Below are positions 28,290 to 42,985 of a DNA stretch of 64,000 nucleotides, piece after piece. The position numbers and the translations under genes were made by a program. Position 1 is the stretch's first letter. Every line of letters begins with the position of its first letter. This DNA is from the human T2T-CHM13v2.0 reference genome, Homo sapiens: NCBI RefSeq assembly GCF_009914755.1, contig NC_060937.1. One strand, 5' to 3'. The notes beneath the pieces are model-generated. The model was not told where the DNA came from and did not search any database. It saw only the letters and a list, made by a program, of their open reading frames with translations.

Positions 28290-28920
28290 GCGTGGTACAC
28301 ACTGGGGTTGGGGGTGGAATAAAGGAGCTTGTGGTGCAACTCTGCAGGGAGAGGTGGGTTGCAATGGTAAGAAGAGTGGTCAGAGTAAGCTTCATGGAGA
28401 AAATGAGATTTGAGTAAAGACTTGAAGGAGGTGATGGAATTGGCCTTGTGTGTATCTGGGCTGAAGAATGGCAAATGCGAAAGTCCTAGGTGGAAGCTAG
28501 CCAGACATGTTAGGGAACAAACAAGGAGGCCCTCATGTCTGGAGCAGAATGAAGGGAGAGCTTTAGGAGCCGATGTCAGATGCACAGTGAGGGAGCTTGC
28601 TCCTTCCGGGCTGCTATGAACTCGGTCCTTCCAGGATGCTATGAAGATGGGGGCTTTCACTCTGAGTGAGATGGAAAAACTTTGGAGGATTTTGAGCACA
28701 GGAGTGACATGATCATTCATCTAAAGGATCCCTCTCCGGCTACTCTGTTGAGAATAGATTTTTGAGGGCAGAGAAAGGCACTATTTCAGGAATCCAAGTA
28801 AGCAAGAGTAGAGGCTCACTTTGCTGTGCTGGTCATTGCAGTGATGAGAAGTGGTTGGATTCTGAATATAGTTTGAAAGTAGAGCCAACGGGACTTACAG
28901 TTGGATTAGATGTAGGGTGT
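28290..28920 (-). mobile_element. L2 (continues pieces at ~27090-27140 and ~27780-27857)
   Basis: TTTGAGTAAAGACTTGAAGGAGGTGA...GGATTTTGAGCACAGGAGTGACATGATC...GGATTCTGAATATAGTTTGAAAGTAGAGCCAAC; minus ORF 28259-28720 (DHVTPVLKILQ) is L2-derived. Confidence 0.9.
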
Positions 28921-29158
28921 CTGTTGCTTCCCAAGTGCCAGAATACCCCATTACTTCTTGGAGAATATTGGAGATACCCAGATAAAGTCTTTCTCATTGA
29001 TTTTCCCTTTCTAGCATGTTACATTGAGATGCTTACCTCTCTTTCATGAAAAAAATTACCTTGGATAGATTGCAAGAAATATTTTTAGTATAAAAGTACT
29101 ATATATATATGATTTTTAAAATAGTCAAACAGTACAGAAGGACATAATATGAAAATGA

Positions 29159-29480
<322 letters not shown>

Positions 29481-29489
29481 AGGAAAATT

Positions 29490-30610
29490 AAAAGCCTTTC
29501 TCTCCCTCCCCAGTTTCACAGTTCAGCTATAACCACTACTAATAGTCTATTCTCACAAAAAACCGTAATGCACATATCACATATATGTGACATAGCCTAT
29601 CTTTTACCCAGTTAAGATCATATATATACCGTTCTGCTTTTTTTCTCTTACGTAAGTGTATGTATAACTTAGACATTGTTTCAAATCAACATTTACAAAA
29701 CTACCTAATTCTTTGTAATGATCATATAATATCACATTGTATGTATACACCATGATTTAATTAGTTGATCTTTTATTGATGGACTTTTTTAAGGTTGAAA
29801 TAGACACCTTTCTAAATAACAGTAGTAAAAAAGTGAACATACATATAGCACTTACTATGTGCCCAGCACAGTTCTAAAGAACTCTTCTATTTCTCACAAG
29901 ATCCCAATAGGCAGAGACTACCACTATCCCAAGTTTACAGGTGAGGACACTGAGTCCTAAAGGGGCTAAGCAACTTGCCAAAGGTCACATTGCTGACATG
30001 GGATAGATCAGTCCATCCTGTAGAACTTCTCTATTTCTTTATACCTTATAGGACCACTACATATTTGTGGGACAAAATCCTGAAACAAAATTGCTAGACC
30101 ATAGAGTACATGTATTTTAAACTTTGACAGATAATCTCAAGTTGACCTCCACAGAGGTGGTACCAATTTACAACAAATCATATGAGAAAGTTTCTTTGCA
30201 CATGCTCCTAACAACATTGCTTGCAATCAGATGTTAAATCTTCACCAAGCTGACAGAGGAAGAATGGTATCTCATCTGTATTTTAATTCCTAGCTATTTA
30301 ATTGTGAGTAATTTTGAACATTTTTTTGGTGTTAGTTGGCCATTTTTGTGGGTGTATAAACTGCCTGTTCACGTCTTTTGCCCGTTTTCCTTTGGGTTGT
30401 TCACCTTTTTTAAAAAATAAACTCATATGAGCACTCTTTGTATATTAATGAAATTAACCCTTTCTATGTTCCAGTTAGTTCTCCAGTTTTTTGCTTGTCT
30501 TTTGCCTTTGAGATTTTTTTTTCTATATGAACATTTGACAAATTAGTTGTTTTCATTTTATAGTTTCTGTTCTTACTCATTCTCTTAGTGAGAATTTAAA
30601 AGACCTTCTT
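29490..30610 (-). mobile_element. Old L1ME fragments with an inserted MIR (~29820-30010)
   Basis: TTGTATGTATACACCATGATTT...; TACCAATTTACA...AATGGTATCTCAT...GTTGGCCATTT...TGCCTGTTCACGTCTTTTGCCCG; MIR ACTTACTATGTGCCCAGCACAGTTCTAA...TTTACAGGTGAGGACACTGAG. Confidence 0.75.
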
Positions 30611-30659
30611 TTCCATGTATGAGAGTGCATTGAACTAAAATGGTAACTTTCATTTGCAT

Positions 30660-31690
30660 TTCCAAAAGAATTTCATTGCAAATGAGTTGCATATTTTGAC
30701 TGCCAAAATAATATTATTTTGATAATATCATTCATGATATATCAACAGACAAATAGGATGGATTTAGTGGATTCACAATTATTTAAAATATTTTATTATA
30801 TTAATGTTAATTAACATCAATGCAACGTAAAAGGAGAAGATGGTCAATAGTGGCATACCACTAGTCTCTGTATTTAGTTCCACCTGTTTGATATTTTGCT
30901 TAAATATTTGGACTAGAATAAAATAGGCATGCTTACTAGATTTAGTAATGGTACAAAGATGGAAGGATTGTTGATATGCTAGATGTTGGACGCAGATTCA
31001 AATTGATTTTAACAGTTTGGAACAATCAGCAAAACTAATAAGGTGGAATTTAATCAGGATAAATGTGAAGTTCTGTAATGAGGTTAAAAAATGCCTGAAC
31101 ATTAGAGGGTGAGAGACACCTAAACCACTGGTAATTCAAATAAAATCATTTCAGGGGTTTAACTTAATGAAAATTGCAGTACTGGCCAATAGACAGAATT
31201 GCCAGAAGAACTAATGAGATCTTGAATTACATTAATAGAAATATTTCATCCAGAATAAAAACAGCAGGAGTCCCACATGTATGCTTTGCTGGTATGCCTA
31301 CACTGGAAGTACTGTTTTAGTTCTGAGTGTCATATTGTAAGGGCTATATTGACAAAATAAAGTTCTCCCAAGAATGGAAACTATATCTTGTGATATTTAA
31401 ACTAGAAAAGGGGAATTGTTATGAGAATAATCATTGTTAGATATTTAAAGGACTGTTAGGTAGAGGTATGCTTATATTTATCTATGTAGCCACAGAGGAT
31501 GAAATTAGGACAAGAGAACTGAAGTCATAGAAGGGAGACTCCTACTCCATTTAAAAAGAATTGTCTAACGTTGAAGCTTCCCAAGAATTGAATGATTGTC
31601 TTATGAGAGAGTGAAATTTCCATCATCAGGCTCATTCAAGCTGAAGTCCAAGGGTGTTTTAAAAGGAATTAAACACTGGCTGAGATCAGA
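30660..31690 (+). mobile_element. CR1/L3 LINE, RT domain to 3' end
   Basis: Hand translation SGIPLVSVF / LFDILLKYLD*NKIGMLTRFSNGTKMEG / KVEFNQDKCEVL versus CR1 RT SGVPQGSVLGP-LFNIFINDLD..LSKFADDTKLGG..MKFN.DKCKVL. Confidence 0.85.
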
Positions 31691-32259
31691 TATAAGATCA
31701 GTCACAGGGAATTTGTTACCTGTGATTTAAGGGGGCCAATGCTGGCAGCTTCAGTGTTAGTCCTCTAGTAATGGCATTTTCAATTGCTGGCATTCCGTTA
31801 AGCATCACTTGAGTTGGAAAGGGGGGAACAGAGTTTCTGCTCATCCTATTTGCTGCAGTCAAATATATGTGTGCAACATTGGTAGTGTGTCTTGCAGGAA
31901 AAGATCATCTATCATGTCTGTTCATGCAGGAAAAAAAAAAAAGGACAAAAAGCCACTAGTCCGATGATCTTAAAAATCCCTTCAGTTCCTGAGACTCAAG
32001 ATTCTGCAAGTGGGAAAGCTGGCACAGCTTCAGTCAGGAGAAGTTGGTTGTAGACAATGGCAGAGGTTTAGGAATGAAGTAGCTGGCATCAGAGGTGAGG
32101 AGTGGTTTGGCCACATGCAAATTGTCAAGCGGGGAAGGTGGGGCCTCGGTTAGCAAACAAACCAAGGTAGAGACAAAAGTGAAGCTTGACCACATTGAAG
32201 AAAGCAGGAGACTAAATTTTGGAGGTGAAATTCAATGAAACCAAGACCTATCCTGGTCT

Positions 32260-33030
<771 letters not shown>

Positions 33031-33945
33031 GCAAGGAACAGCAGCACAGCAGAGCCCATCCTCTGGAACCAGATGTTCTCTTTTTTTAGTAAACCATGAA
33101 GAAGAGGAGTGAGCACTCATGTGGGCCAAGTAACCCAAACTGTAGAGATTCAAATATTTGGGGGATAAAGAGCCTGGCATGCCATTATAAGAATCTCAAA
33201 TTTTCCTGATATCCACAGGAGCCTCTGGCACTGTGTTTTGCCAAATAAATATGATGATTCACACTAAATGCATCTCAAATGAGCGAACACATGTATGAAT
33301 AAATGAATGAAAACCCATTTCATCAAGTGCAGACTGTTTTTCTGGAGTCGAAATGCCTACAATTGCCACCAACCCCCCTCCGCCTCCACTGATAAGCCTT
33401 ACCCTGCTGCTTCCTAAGACATCAGCCTCCTCTGGTTGGTCTGCTCAGATAGGTGGGTGATTCGGTCTGGTCAGACAGGTTGAAATGGTTGAAATGCCCA
33501 TCTCTCTCTGTCCCCCGTCTCACTGATCACCAGGTTCGACTCACTCGCCTGAATGTTTTCGTAGCTCCCCTTTCTCACTCACTTCTTACCACCCACATTG
33601 CTCTTGGTTTTCTCAACCAGAGAACTGCTATTAAGGAAAGAGCATGTTCTTTAGGACTTCCCTGCTCCAGGCTCAGGTTCCATCCCCTAAAGTTTATTCT
33701 TGTCCCCTGGCAACCCCTGGCAATTGCTTTTGTTACTTACTCACTTGTAGTGACCCCACCCTTCTCCTCTCTATTTAATTTGTTGTTGTTCTTCCAGCAA
33801 GAGACTTATTGAAAGGAAGCCGCCACTCACCCAGCCCCTGTAATATGGCATCCCCTGTGCTCAGGTCTGAAGACGCCAGGGCAAATGCAACACAGGCCTG
33901 CTCTCCAGTGGCCTGAGCTTACCTGGCTGCCCTGCCCCGGTTTAG

Positions 33946-34310
<365 letters not shown>

Positions 34311-36494
34311 TGATCTCTTTATAGTGTCACTTTTCCTCAAGATATTGCAAATTCTATTTTCTTCATAACCTACTACAGCAACCAGCTCAATGCTAGAGTC
34401 ATACCAGGCACAATACATATTTGTCGCCCAAGTTGGAGGGGCAGCTTTTCTTGGGTTGACATGACTCATCCTGGAAAAATAACTCCCTGATCCTTTGAAA
34501 AGCAACCTTTATGCTTTTCTTGGATTGGAGGTGAAATGGGGAATTTGCCTCTTTCTCCTTGAAACTTCTCATTAAAGAAAACTAAACTTTCAGAAATTTA
34601 AACAGAAATTCAAAGCATCCCATTTTGTCAGTGTATGTCGATGTAATAATATTGTTTATACTCTCTCTTCTAGAAAACATGGAGTCTGTAACATGTTTGA
34701 GCCGTGGTTCCTAGTTTCTTTTTCCTTGTCTGTGCCTGGGTTCAGTTTTACATTTGGGTTGGTTTTGATGTCAGAAAGTAGAAGGATATGAGGGAAATAA
34801 GCCCGAACCATAATTCAGAAAGATGCTTTCAATACCAAAGGATGTGTATCATCAGCTAACAGTAAAGTTTTTCCCTTTCTCTGCATCTGACTTTGTCTGG
34901 GAAGCACTTCTGGTCTCAAGGGAAAAAACAAAATAAAATAAAATATAAGCCACCATTAGGAATATAAAAAAGACTGTAGATAGCTGAAAAACGGATTATG
35001 CAACGCAACAGGATGAAATAACCCACAGCACCAAAACCCAGGGCTGCCAGGGATCAATGACCACTGAGCCCATAATGATCCTCTTACATCAAAAGCCCTT
35101 TCAAGACATAGCAACATACCTGCCCTGCAAAGACTCTTGAACCAGAGGATAATGTAATCATCAATACACTATCCTTTCTCTTTTGTGAGCACTTTAGAAA
35201 AAGCCCAGCAGAGTGGTGACTCGGTATTAAGTGTCGTTTTAAACAATACCTCGAAACCATAATGCAATCTTACTCCTGAAATGTGAAGTATTTGCTGCCA
35301 CCGTGGGTACACCTGGCACGTCTGGTTGCTAATAGAATAAATCCGTGATTTTCTTTTCACTTGCATTCTCACTTCTTGCCTGAGTAAGCTGCAAATCAGT
35401 TGAACTTACCCTTCTTTTCTGTTTTGTTTCAGGGTCTGGTATTTGTTTGTGCTTTATCTTCCCCTACCTCTTAATAAAAAGAGTAAACCAGTCTGCCTGT
35501 GAGAGTATTGACTGTGGTTAAGAATGCGGGATTGTGTTGCAAAGAAGCTCAGGCCTGTAATGTTATCACTCAGCAGGACTGGGTCCCATCAGAAGGCACA
35601 TGGTGTGCCATGACGTAGCTGGTCTTCGACCACAAAAGCAGACTTTTCTCTGTGAATTAGACAAACCACACAAAAGGCAACAATAGCTAGCATAAACACC
35701 ATTTAATACTATTCACAGGCTATTGAAGAGATGGGCGTTGACTAAGAATTGCTGCAACGCCAAGACATTGTAGTCAGATGAAAAGAGGCCTAATGAACAG
35801 GAAGCATCATTTGAGCAGGCTGACAGTAACCATATAACGGCGGGATTGTGGGGCTGGCATTTACCCCAAGGGTCTTTACAGTGAGAAAAATAAAGAGAAA
35901 TTAAAGCATAAGGAATCCTCTTTGTGGGCACTTAAAGCCCATGAAGCAACACAAGAAGCTATACAATTGTCTTTTCAAGGCTCGTCTGTGCTTTAGATAA
36001 TTATGAAAAGGAAACAGTTGGGGTGTGCTTGCTTATAGGAGTCTATATGACCCATTGGGAAGACTCTTCTATAAAAACAGATGAAATTTTCACAGCAAAA
36101 TGAATAATTGTATGAGCTTTCACCTTGTTTTAAGACAGGAAGAACTAACTTCAGCTGGATTAGTCAAGCTATTTCGCCATTTCTGGCAGCCCCTTCTGGG
36201 TACACGAGGTATCCGTGGCAAGACATCCTCATTTTTCAACAGGTTCATGAAGAAAAGGAAAGTTAAATAAATCTTTGGAAATATAATGCTTATCTTTAAA
36301 ATATTTATACCTCTGTCTAATAGATACTCATTTATAGGAATATGACGTAGGGATTTAAAGAAAATACTTTTGAAGCAAATCTTTAATGATAATCATTCTT
36401 TGATGTATACTGAGCATTTTGTTAAAAAAAAAAGCGTAATCAGTACACAAAATACATTAAGGAATGCTACTGAGGATCGCACAAGGAGATTTTT

Positions 36495-36875
36495 TACAAG
36501 CTAGAAGGAACCCTGGAATGTTCTGGAATGACATTTTACTGAGGGAAAAATAAGAACCAGGGTGTTAAGTGACCAGCTATAGTCATATAACTAGTGATAG
36601 CAACTCACGTGAGACCCAGGTCTCCTGACTCCCTGTCCACTGTGCTTTCTACTATTTTGAATATAGAAATATTTTGATTTTTTAATATAGACATCATTAT
36701 TTCATATATAACATAATCTTTTTGGTTGTTTATTTAGCTGTTTAACCTCTCCTGGTTGTTTAACTTCCCTGTGCCTCAGTAGTACTCTCTGTACAATGGG
36801 GTTAACCTACCCTAAAGAAATGTTGAGAAGGACTAAATGAGTAAGTGTATATAAATGTTTGCTACTATTATTGTT
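36495..36875. mobile_element. Two MIR fragments in opposite orientation
   Basis: GTTAAGTGACC...ACCCAGGTCTCCTGACTCC (minus); TTTAACTTCCCTGTGCCTCAGT...TGAGAAGGACTAAATGAG (plus). Confidence 0.65.
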
Positions 36876-37211
36876 TATAAAACAGCAGTGAGGATTTTGA
36901 AGATGATGGTTCCACTGAAGTCTGGGCTATCAGGGAACATCTGGATCACTCAGGAAGACCAACAGCTCTTACAGCAGGTAAGAGGTCTGAAGACCAAAGA
37001 AGTTCTGATTGACCCGAGACACAGACATTGACAGACCATTCTCAGGTCTTCTCACTGCAAACCAGAGCTCTTTTTCTAACTCTATGATGATGTCTCTCAA
37101 GACCTTAAAATATACTCTGTAAGAACAGTGAAACTGCCTACTGTAACCAAGCATGTTGAATAAAGCTCCCAGTAGAAGCTGACTATATACACTAAATGCT
37201 CTTTTCTTTAA

Positions 37212-37392
37212 AGCAGTTTTCAAATTTTAGTGTGCATTAGAAAAGAAAAGAAGTTTAGGGAGGTCCTTCCCCAACATATTATAATTCCGTGGGTCTCACA
37301 GAGGGCCCAGGAAACCATGTTTTTAAAAAGCACCTCTCGTCAGTGATTCTGATAGGTTGTCCAAACGCTACACTTTAAGGAAAATTCCCTGA
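37212..37392. mobile_element. MER5-like DNA element
   Basis: GCAGTTTTCAAATTTTAGTGTGCATTAGAA...GGGCCCAGGAA...TGATTCTGAT...CACTTT. Confidence 0.6.
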
Positions 37393-38090
37393 AAGAATAG
37401 ATTCCAGTTTTCTTATTTGTACTCTGTGTCAACAGTTGCCATCTAAGTTGGTTTGCTGGCAATGATGATAATCAACAAAAGGATTCTTTTATACTAGTAA
37501 AAAATTAACTAGAAAAAAAAAGCTAGTTCTGCTAAAGCTGAACCCATCTTGCTGTCTCAAAGCCCCAAATTATCACTCTAACTCCAGTCAATCATCTTGC
37601 CCATGTAAAAATAATGGATTTGTGACAGAGAACATAACAGGTCATCACTGATACCTTATCACAATAGGAAAAGCTCCGAGAAACACTGCTCTACTGAATG
37701 GTAGATTTATCAATGTCAGACATTCATTTATTCATCTACCAATCATCTTTGCCAAGAACTACGGTTCTGGAAAAGAGAGATTTAAACGAAACAAGCCATA
37801 ATACCTTCAGCCCTCAGGCGGGTTATAACCTAGTAGGACAAGTAAAACATACACACACTTATCTTTGAATAAAAGGCATAGTATACCACCCGAGTTGTTC
37901 TGCAACTAGTTCAGCTGCTGATTTGTATTTTCTTTCTCCTCAAGTCGCTTAAAGTAACACAGGGATCAGATAATGGAAGGGACGCCAGAGCGAAAAAGAT
38001 AAAGCAGGAAGAGGCCATCTACTGGCAGCTTTCTTCCTGTCCACTTCGCCTGCCCTATTTGTGTTTGCTTGACTCCTCCGCACATCCTGA

Positions 38091-38538
<448 letters not shown>

Positions 38539-38599
38539 AAGGATACTCTTTATAGCATCATTCATTAGTATTTTCTCTCTGCCCCAAAGTGTGCATTAG

Positions 38600-38770
38600 A
38601 CCTTTACAAATAATGGTGTCATTTAATCTCCACCGTAACCCTGACAGCATTATTACCTTCGTTTTATGATGAAAACACTGAGGCTTGGGGAAGTCAAATA
38701 ATTTTCCAGCTTCACACAGCTGGTGTTAGAAAAAAGATGAAAATCCTGTCTGATTCTAAAGATCACATTC
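38600..38770 (-). mobile_element. MIR
   Basis: TCATTTAATCTCCACCGTAACCCTG...GATGAAAACACTGAGGCTTGGGGAAGTCAAATAA. Confidence 0.75.
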
Positions 38771-38896
38771 TTAACTTCTCTGCATATTTGAATTTCTATT
38801 TTCTGTGCACTCACTATATGCCAGGCCCAGTGCTAGACAGAGGTTATGTTCACACCGTGTAAGGAGTTCCGGAATGCTAACACATTGATTGTAAGG

Positions 38897-39121
38897 CAGT
38901 GCTTCTCCCGCGGAGGCAATTGTGAGGCTCCACTCACCGGGAGTATTTATCAATGGCTGGAGACATTTTTGGTTGTCAAACTGTAGGAGAAGGGAGTGTA
39001 CGGGCATCCTCCGAGTCGAGGCCAGGGATGCTGTGATGTATCCAGCAGCACACAGGGGAGCTCCCACAGCAAAGAATTAGCCTGCCCAAAGTGTCAGTGG
39101 GGTTGAGGCTGAGAAACCCTA
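38897..39121. mobile_element. MER20 (hAT-Charlie)
   Basis: CAATGGCTGGAGACATTTTTGGTTGTCA...GAGGCCAGGGATGCTG...GCCCAAAGTGTCAGT...GCTGAGAAACCCT. Confidence 0.9.
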
Positions 39122-39149
39122 TGATGAAGGAACTGAGTGGAAGCAGCAT

Positions 39150-40545
39150 TAACTGGGGAGGGAGTGGCAGAGGGTCAGAATGATTCCAAAGAAGGTGATA
39201 CTTTGAGTTGAGCTTGGAAGGGTGAGTGAAAATTTTCCATCTTGAGAGAGGAGAGTGAATCAGGAAGAGAACACGAGAGAAGATGCTCAGCGAACAGCAG
39301 GTGTTTTGCAGGATGTGAGCAGAGGGAGTGCATGGGAAGGGAAGGAGGCAATAAGCCTGACAGACAAGCCTAGGTGCCTTCTGCTCAGGAGGGAAGAGGC
39401 ACAGGCCAGAGTCAGAGTGGGGAGGGGACTGGCAGTAAAGAGACCAGTCTAATGAGGTCTGCACTCATTAGACTCATTCCCCTAAAGTTAGAGAACCCAG
39501 AAGGCAGGATTTGTCAGAGCAAACAGGGAGAGGATGCAGATGATATGGAGGAAGTGGAATAGACTCTCATTGTCTACTTTAGTGGGATGAAGAAAAGGGA
39601 GAAATCAAGGCCCAGGGCCTGGTTTAGAGTCTGTTTAGAGTCTGCAGAACTGGGAAGTGTTGAAGTGAAAGAGAAGAAACATGGTTAGAGCAGGAATGCT
39701 GGTTACTCAGGATGGGTCTCACATTGGCCTCTGTATTCTTTTGTCCAACCAACTATGGATCTGGTGGGTATGATACTCAGGCCCTATCTTCACAGTTCTA
39801 GAAATTAGATCTACAAATATATCTGCAAAAAAAGTCAAGTTCCCCCCTTTCTTGTGACCATAGGGGTTCATGGGAAAGGGGACATCTGCCTTTGCTCAAG
39901 CTTGCTGCCTCCTCTACTATGCTTTCTTCTTCCTTTCTCTACAAGTTTCTCCAAAGCATCATCTATAATCCTTGTTTCCAATTCCCGTAGCTTCTCACAA
40001 TGTTTTTTCCTCATCACATTACTGAGACTGAATTTTCTAAGGATATTGTTGATCTTAGCACTTAAATCCAATGGCCTTCTTCAAGCTCTATCTTCTGCAA
40101 CTAATTTGCAGTGTTTCACACTGTTAACTTTATCATTTTCCTTGAAATGCTGATTTTCCTGGGTTTCCATCCTACTGACTCTCATGATTCACTCATAACC
40201 CCTTTTTGAACTCAGCAAGGGTCCCAAAAATGGGATCCCCCAAGAGGTCACCCTGACCCTTCTTATCTATTTCTTCATTATTTTCTCTTGGAAACCCCAT
40301 ACCTCCATTTACTATCTATCTTATACACACCCAAATACAATGTATAGTTCTTGCCCTGTCTTTTATCTCATTGTCTTTCCAGTTCCTTACCTCCATAGGG
40401 AGATCACAGCAGTGCCTCCAGCTGTGAAATGCCATGGAATAGACTGAGCACTGACTCCATCATCTGTGTCTCTCTGGCCCTGGCCATGGTGCTTACCACT
40501 CCAATCAGCTCACATATTAATGAAGTTAATGTGTATTAAATGACT
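39150..40545. mobile_element. Degenerate L2 fragments (minus ~39150-39700, plus ~39900-40545)
   Basis: GAAGGTGATACTTTGAGTTGAGCTTGGAAGG; TAAATCCAATGGCC...TTTCACACTGTT...CCTTGAAATGC. Confidence 0.55.
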
Positions 40546-40580
40546 GTTAGAGATAGAATGGCCATAACCAAAAAAGACAG

Positions 40581-42292
40581 CACTACTGAAAAAAATAGAT
40601 AATACAAAAAGTGGAAAAACATCCCATGCTCATGGATTAGAAGACTTAATATCATTAGAATGACCATACTGCTCAAAGCAATCTGCAGATTCAACACTAT
40701 TGCTATCAAACTACCAACATCATTTTTTCACAAAATTAGAAGAAAACTATTCTAAAATTCATGTGAAACCAAAAAAAGAAAAAAGAGCCTGAATAGCCAA
40801 AGCAGTCCTCACCAAAGTAATAAACCTGGAGAAATCACATTACCCAACTTCAAACTGTATTACAAGGCTACAGTAACCAAAACAGCATGGTACTGGCACA
40901 AAAACAGACACATAAACCAATGGAACAGAATAGACAACCCAGAAATAAAGTTTCACACCCACAGCCATCTAATCTTTCACAAAGTTGACAAAAATAAGCA
41001 GTGGGGAAAGCCCTCCCTATTCAATAAGTGGTACTGGGATAACTGCCTAGCCATATGCAGAAGAATGAAATTGGAACCCTGCTTTTCACCATAAACATAA
41101 ATTAACTCAAGATGGAATTAAAGATTTAAATGTAAGACCTCAAACTATAAAAATCCTAGAAAAAAAGCCTAAGAAATATCATCCTGGACATCAACCCTGG
41201 GAAAGAATTTATGACTCAGTCTTCAAAAAGATGCAACAAAAATAAAAATTGACAAGTGGGACCTAATTGGATTAAAGAGCTTCTGCACAGCAAAATAAAC
41301 TATCAATAAAGTAAGCAGACAACCTACAGAATGGGAAAAAATATTTGGAAACTATGCATCCAACAAAGTTCTAATATCTAGAATCTATAAGGAACTTAAA
41401 TCAACAAGCAAAAAACAAATAACCCTATTAAAAAGTGAGCAAAAGGCAGGAACAGATACTTTTCAAAAGAAGACATAACAAACATCCAACAAACATGAAA
41501 AAATGCTCATCACTAATCATCAGAGAAATGCAAATCAAAAAACCACAGTAACATACCACCTCATACCAGTCAGAATGGCTATTATTAAAAAGTCAAAAAC
41601 CAACAGATGCTGGAGACTGCAGAGAAATGGGAACATTTATACACTGTTGGTAGGAAGGTAAATTATTTCAGCTACTGTGGAAAGCCGTTTGGACACTTCT
41701 CAAAAAATTAAAAATACAACTACCATTTGACCCAGCAATCCCATTACTGGGTATATACCCAGAGGAAAATAAATTGTTCTACCAAAAAGACATGTGCACT
41801 CATATGTTCACCACAGCATTATTCACAGTAGCAAAGACATGGAATCCACCTAGGTGCCCATCAACAGCAGACTGGCTAAAGAAAATATGGGGCTTACACA
41901 TCATGGAATACTACACAGCCATAAAAAAGAATTAAATCATGTCCTTTGCAGCAACATGGATGCATCTGGAAGCTATTATCCTAAGCGAATTAACACAGGA
42001 ACAGAAAGTAAGGTATACATGTTCTCACTTACAAGTGGGAGCTAAACCTTGCATACTCACAGACATAAAGGTGGCAACAATAGACATTGAAGACTACTAG
42101 AGGGAGGAGCAGGGTTGGGGGTAGTGTTGAAAAACTACGTATTGGGTACTATGCTCACTACCTGAATGATGGGAACATTTGTACTCTAAGCCTTGGCATC
42201 ACATGATATACCCACATAACAAACCCGCATATGTACCCCCATATCTAAAATAAAAGTTGAAATTATTTAAAAATAAATAATAAATAAATAAA
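40581..42292 (+). mobile_element. 5'-truncated L1PA15-17/L1PB-like element inserted into an older L1M
   Basis: TGGAAAAACATCCCATGCTCATGG through to 3'UTR GGGTACTATGCTCACTACCTG and AATA tail; colinear with the L1 at 1-1683. Confidence 0.97.
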
Positions 42293-42319
42293 TGCATGAT
42301 AGATTTCAGCAGTGGGGAA

Positions 42320-42985
42320 AAAATAACAAGTTTTGGCAAAGATAAAGAGAAACTGGGATGCTTATACATTGTTTGCGGGAATGCAAAATAGAACAGCCAT
42401 TTTGGAAAACAGTTTGATAGTTTCATTTAAGAAGTTATACATAAATTTATCATCTGGCCCAGCAATTGCACTCCTAGTTATCTACCAAAGAGAAATGAAA
42501 GCCTATCCACACAAAGAATTGTACGTAAATGTTCTTAGCAGGTAGTGCATAATAATCAAAATGGAAACAAACTGATGATGAATGGATAAACAAAATGTGA
42601 CATATTCATAAAATGGAATATTATTCAACAATTAAAAGAAGTACTGATACATGCTACAATATTAATGAATCTCAAGAACATTATGCTAAGTGAAAGAAGC
42701 AAGATAAAAAAGACTACGTGCACATTTTAGGACTACTTTTATATGAAATGCCCCAAAAAGAAAAATCCACAGAGACAAAATGCAGGTTAGCAGTTGCATG
42801 GGGTTTGGGGAATGGGAGAAGGAGTTGACTGCAAACAGACCCAAGGGACCTTTTTGGAGTAATATAAATATGTTCTACAACTGGATTATGGTGACATTTG
42901 CACAACTCTGAAAATTTACCAAAAATCACTCATTGTACACTTAGAATGGGTTAATTGTATGATATGTAAGTTATACCTGCTTCTA
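42320..42985 (+). mobile_element. Old L1M 3' end (5' stub at ~40550-40580)
   Basis: TAGAATGGCCATAACCAAAAAAGACAG joins AATAACAAGTTTTGGCAAAGAT; ends TTGTACACTTAGAATGGGTTAATTGTATGATATGTAAGTTATACC. Confidence 0.88.

Noticed and set aside
28259-28720. 153-aa minus-strand ORF (and the 162-aa ORF at 38976-39464)
   Set aside because: They lie within L2 and MER20 remnants, so they are repeat-derived frames.
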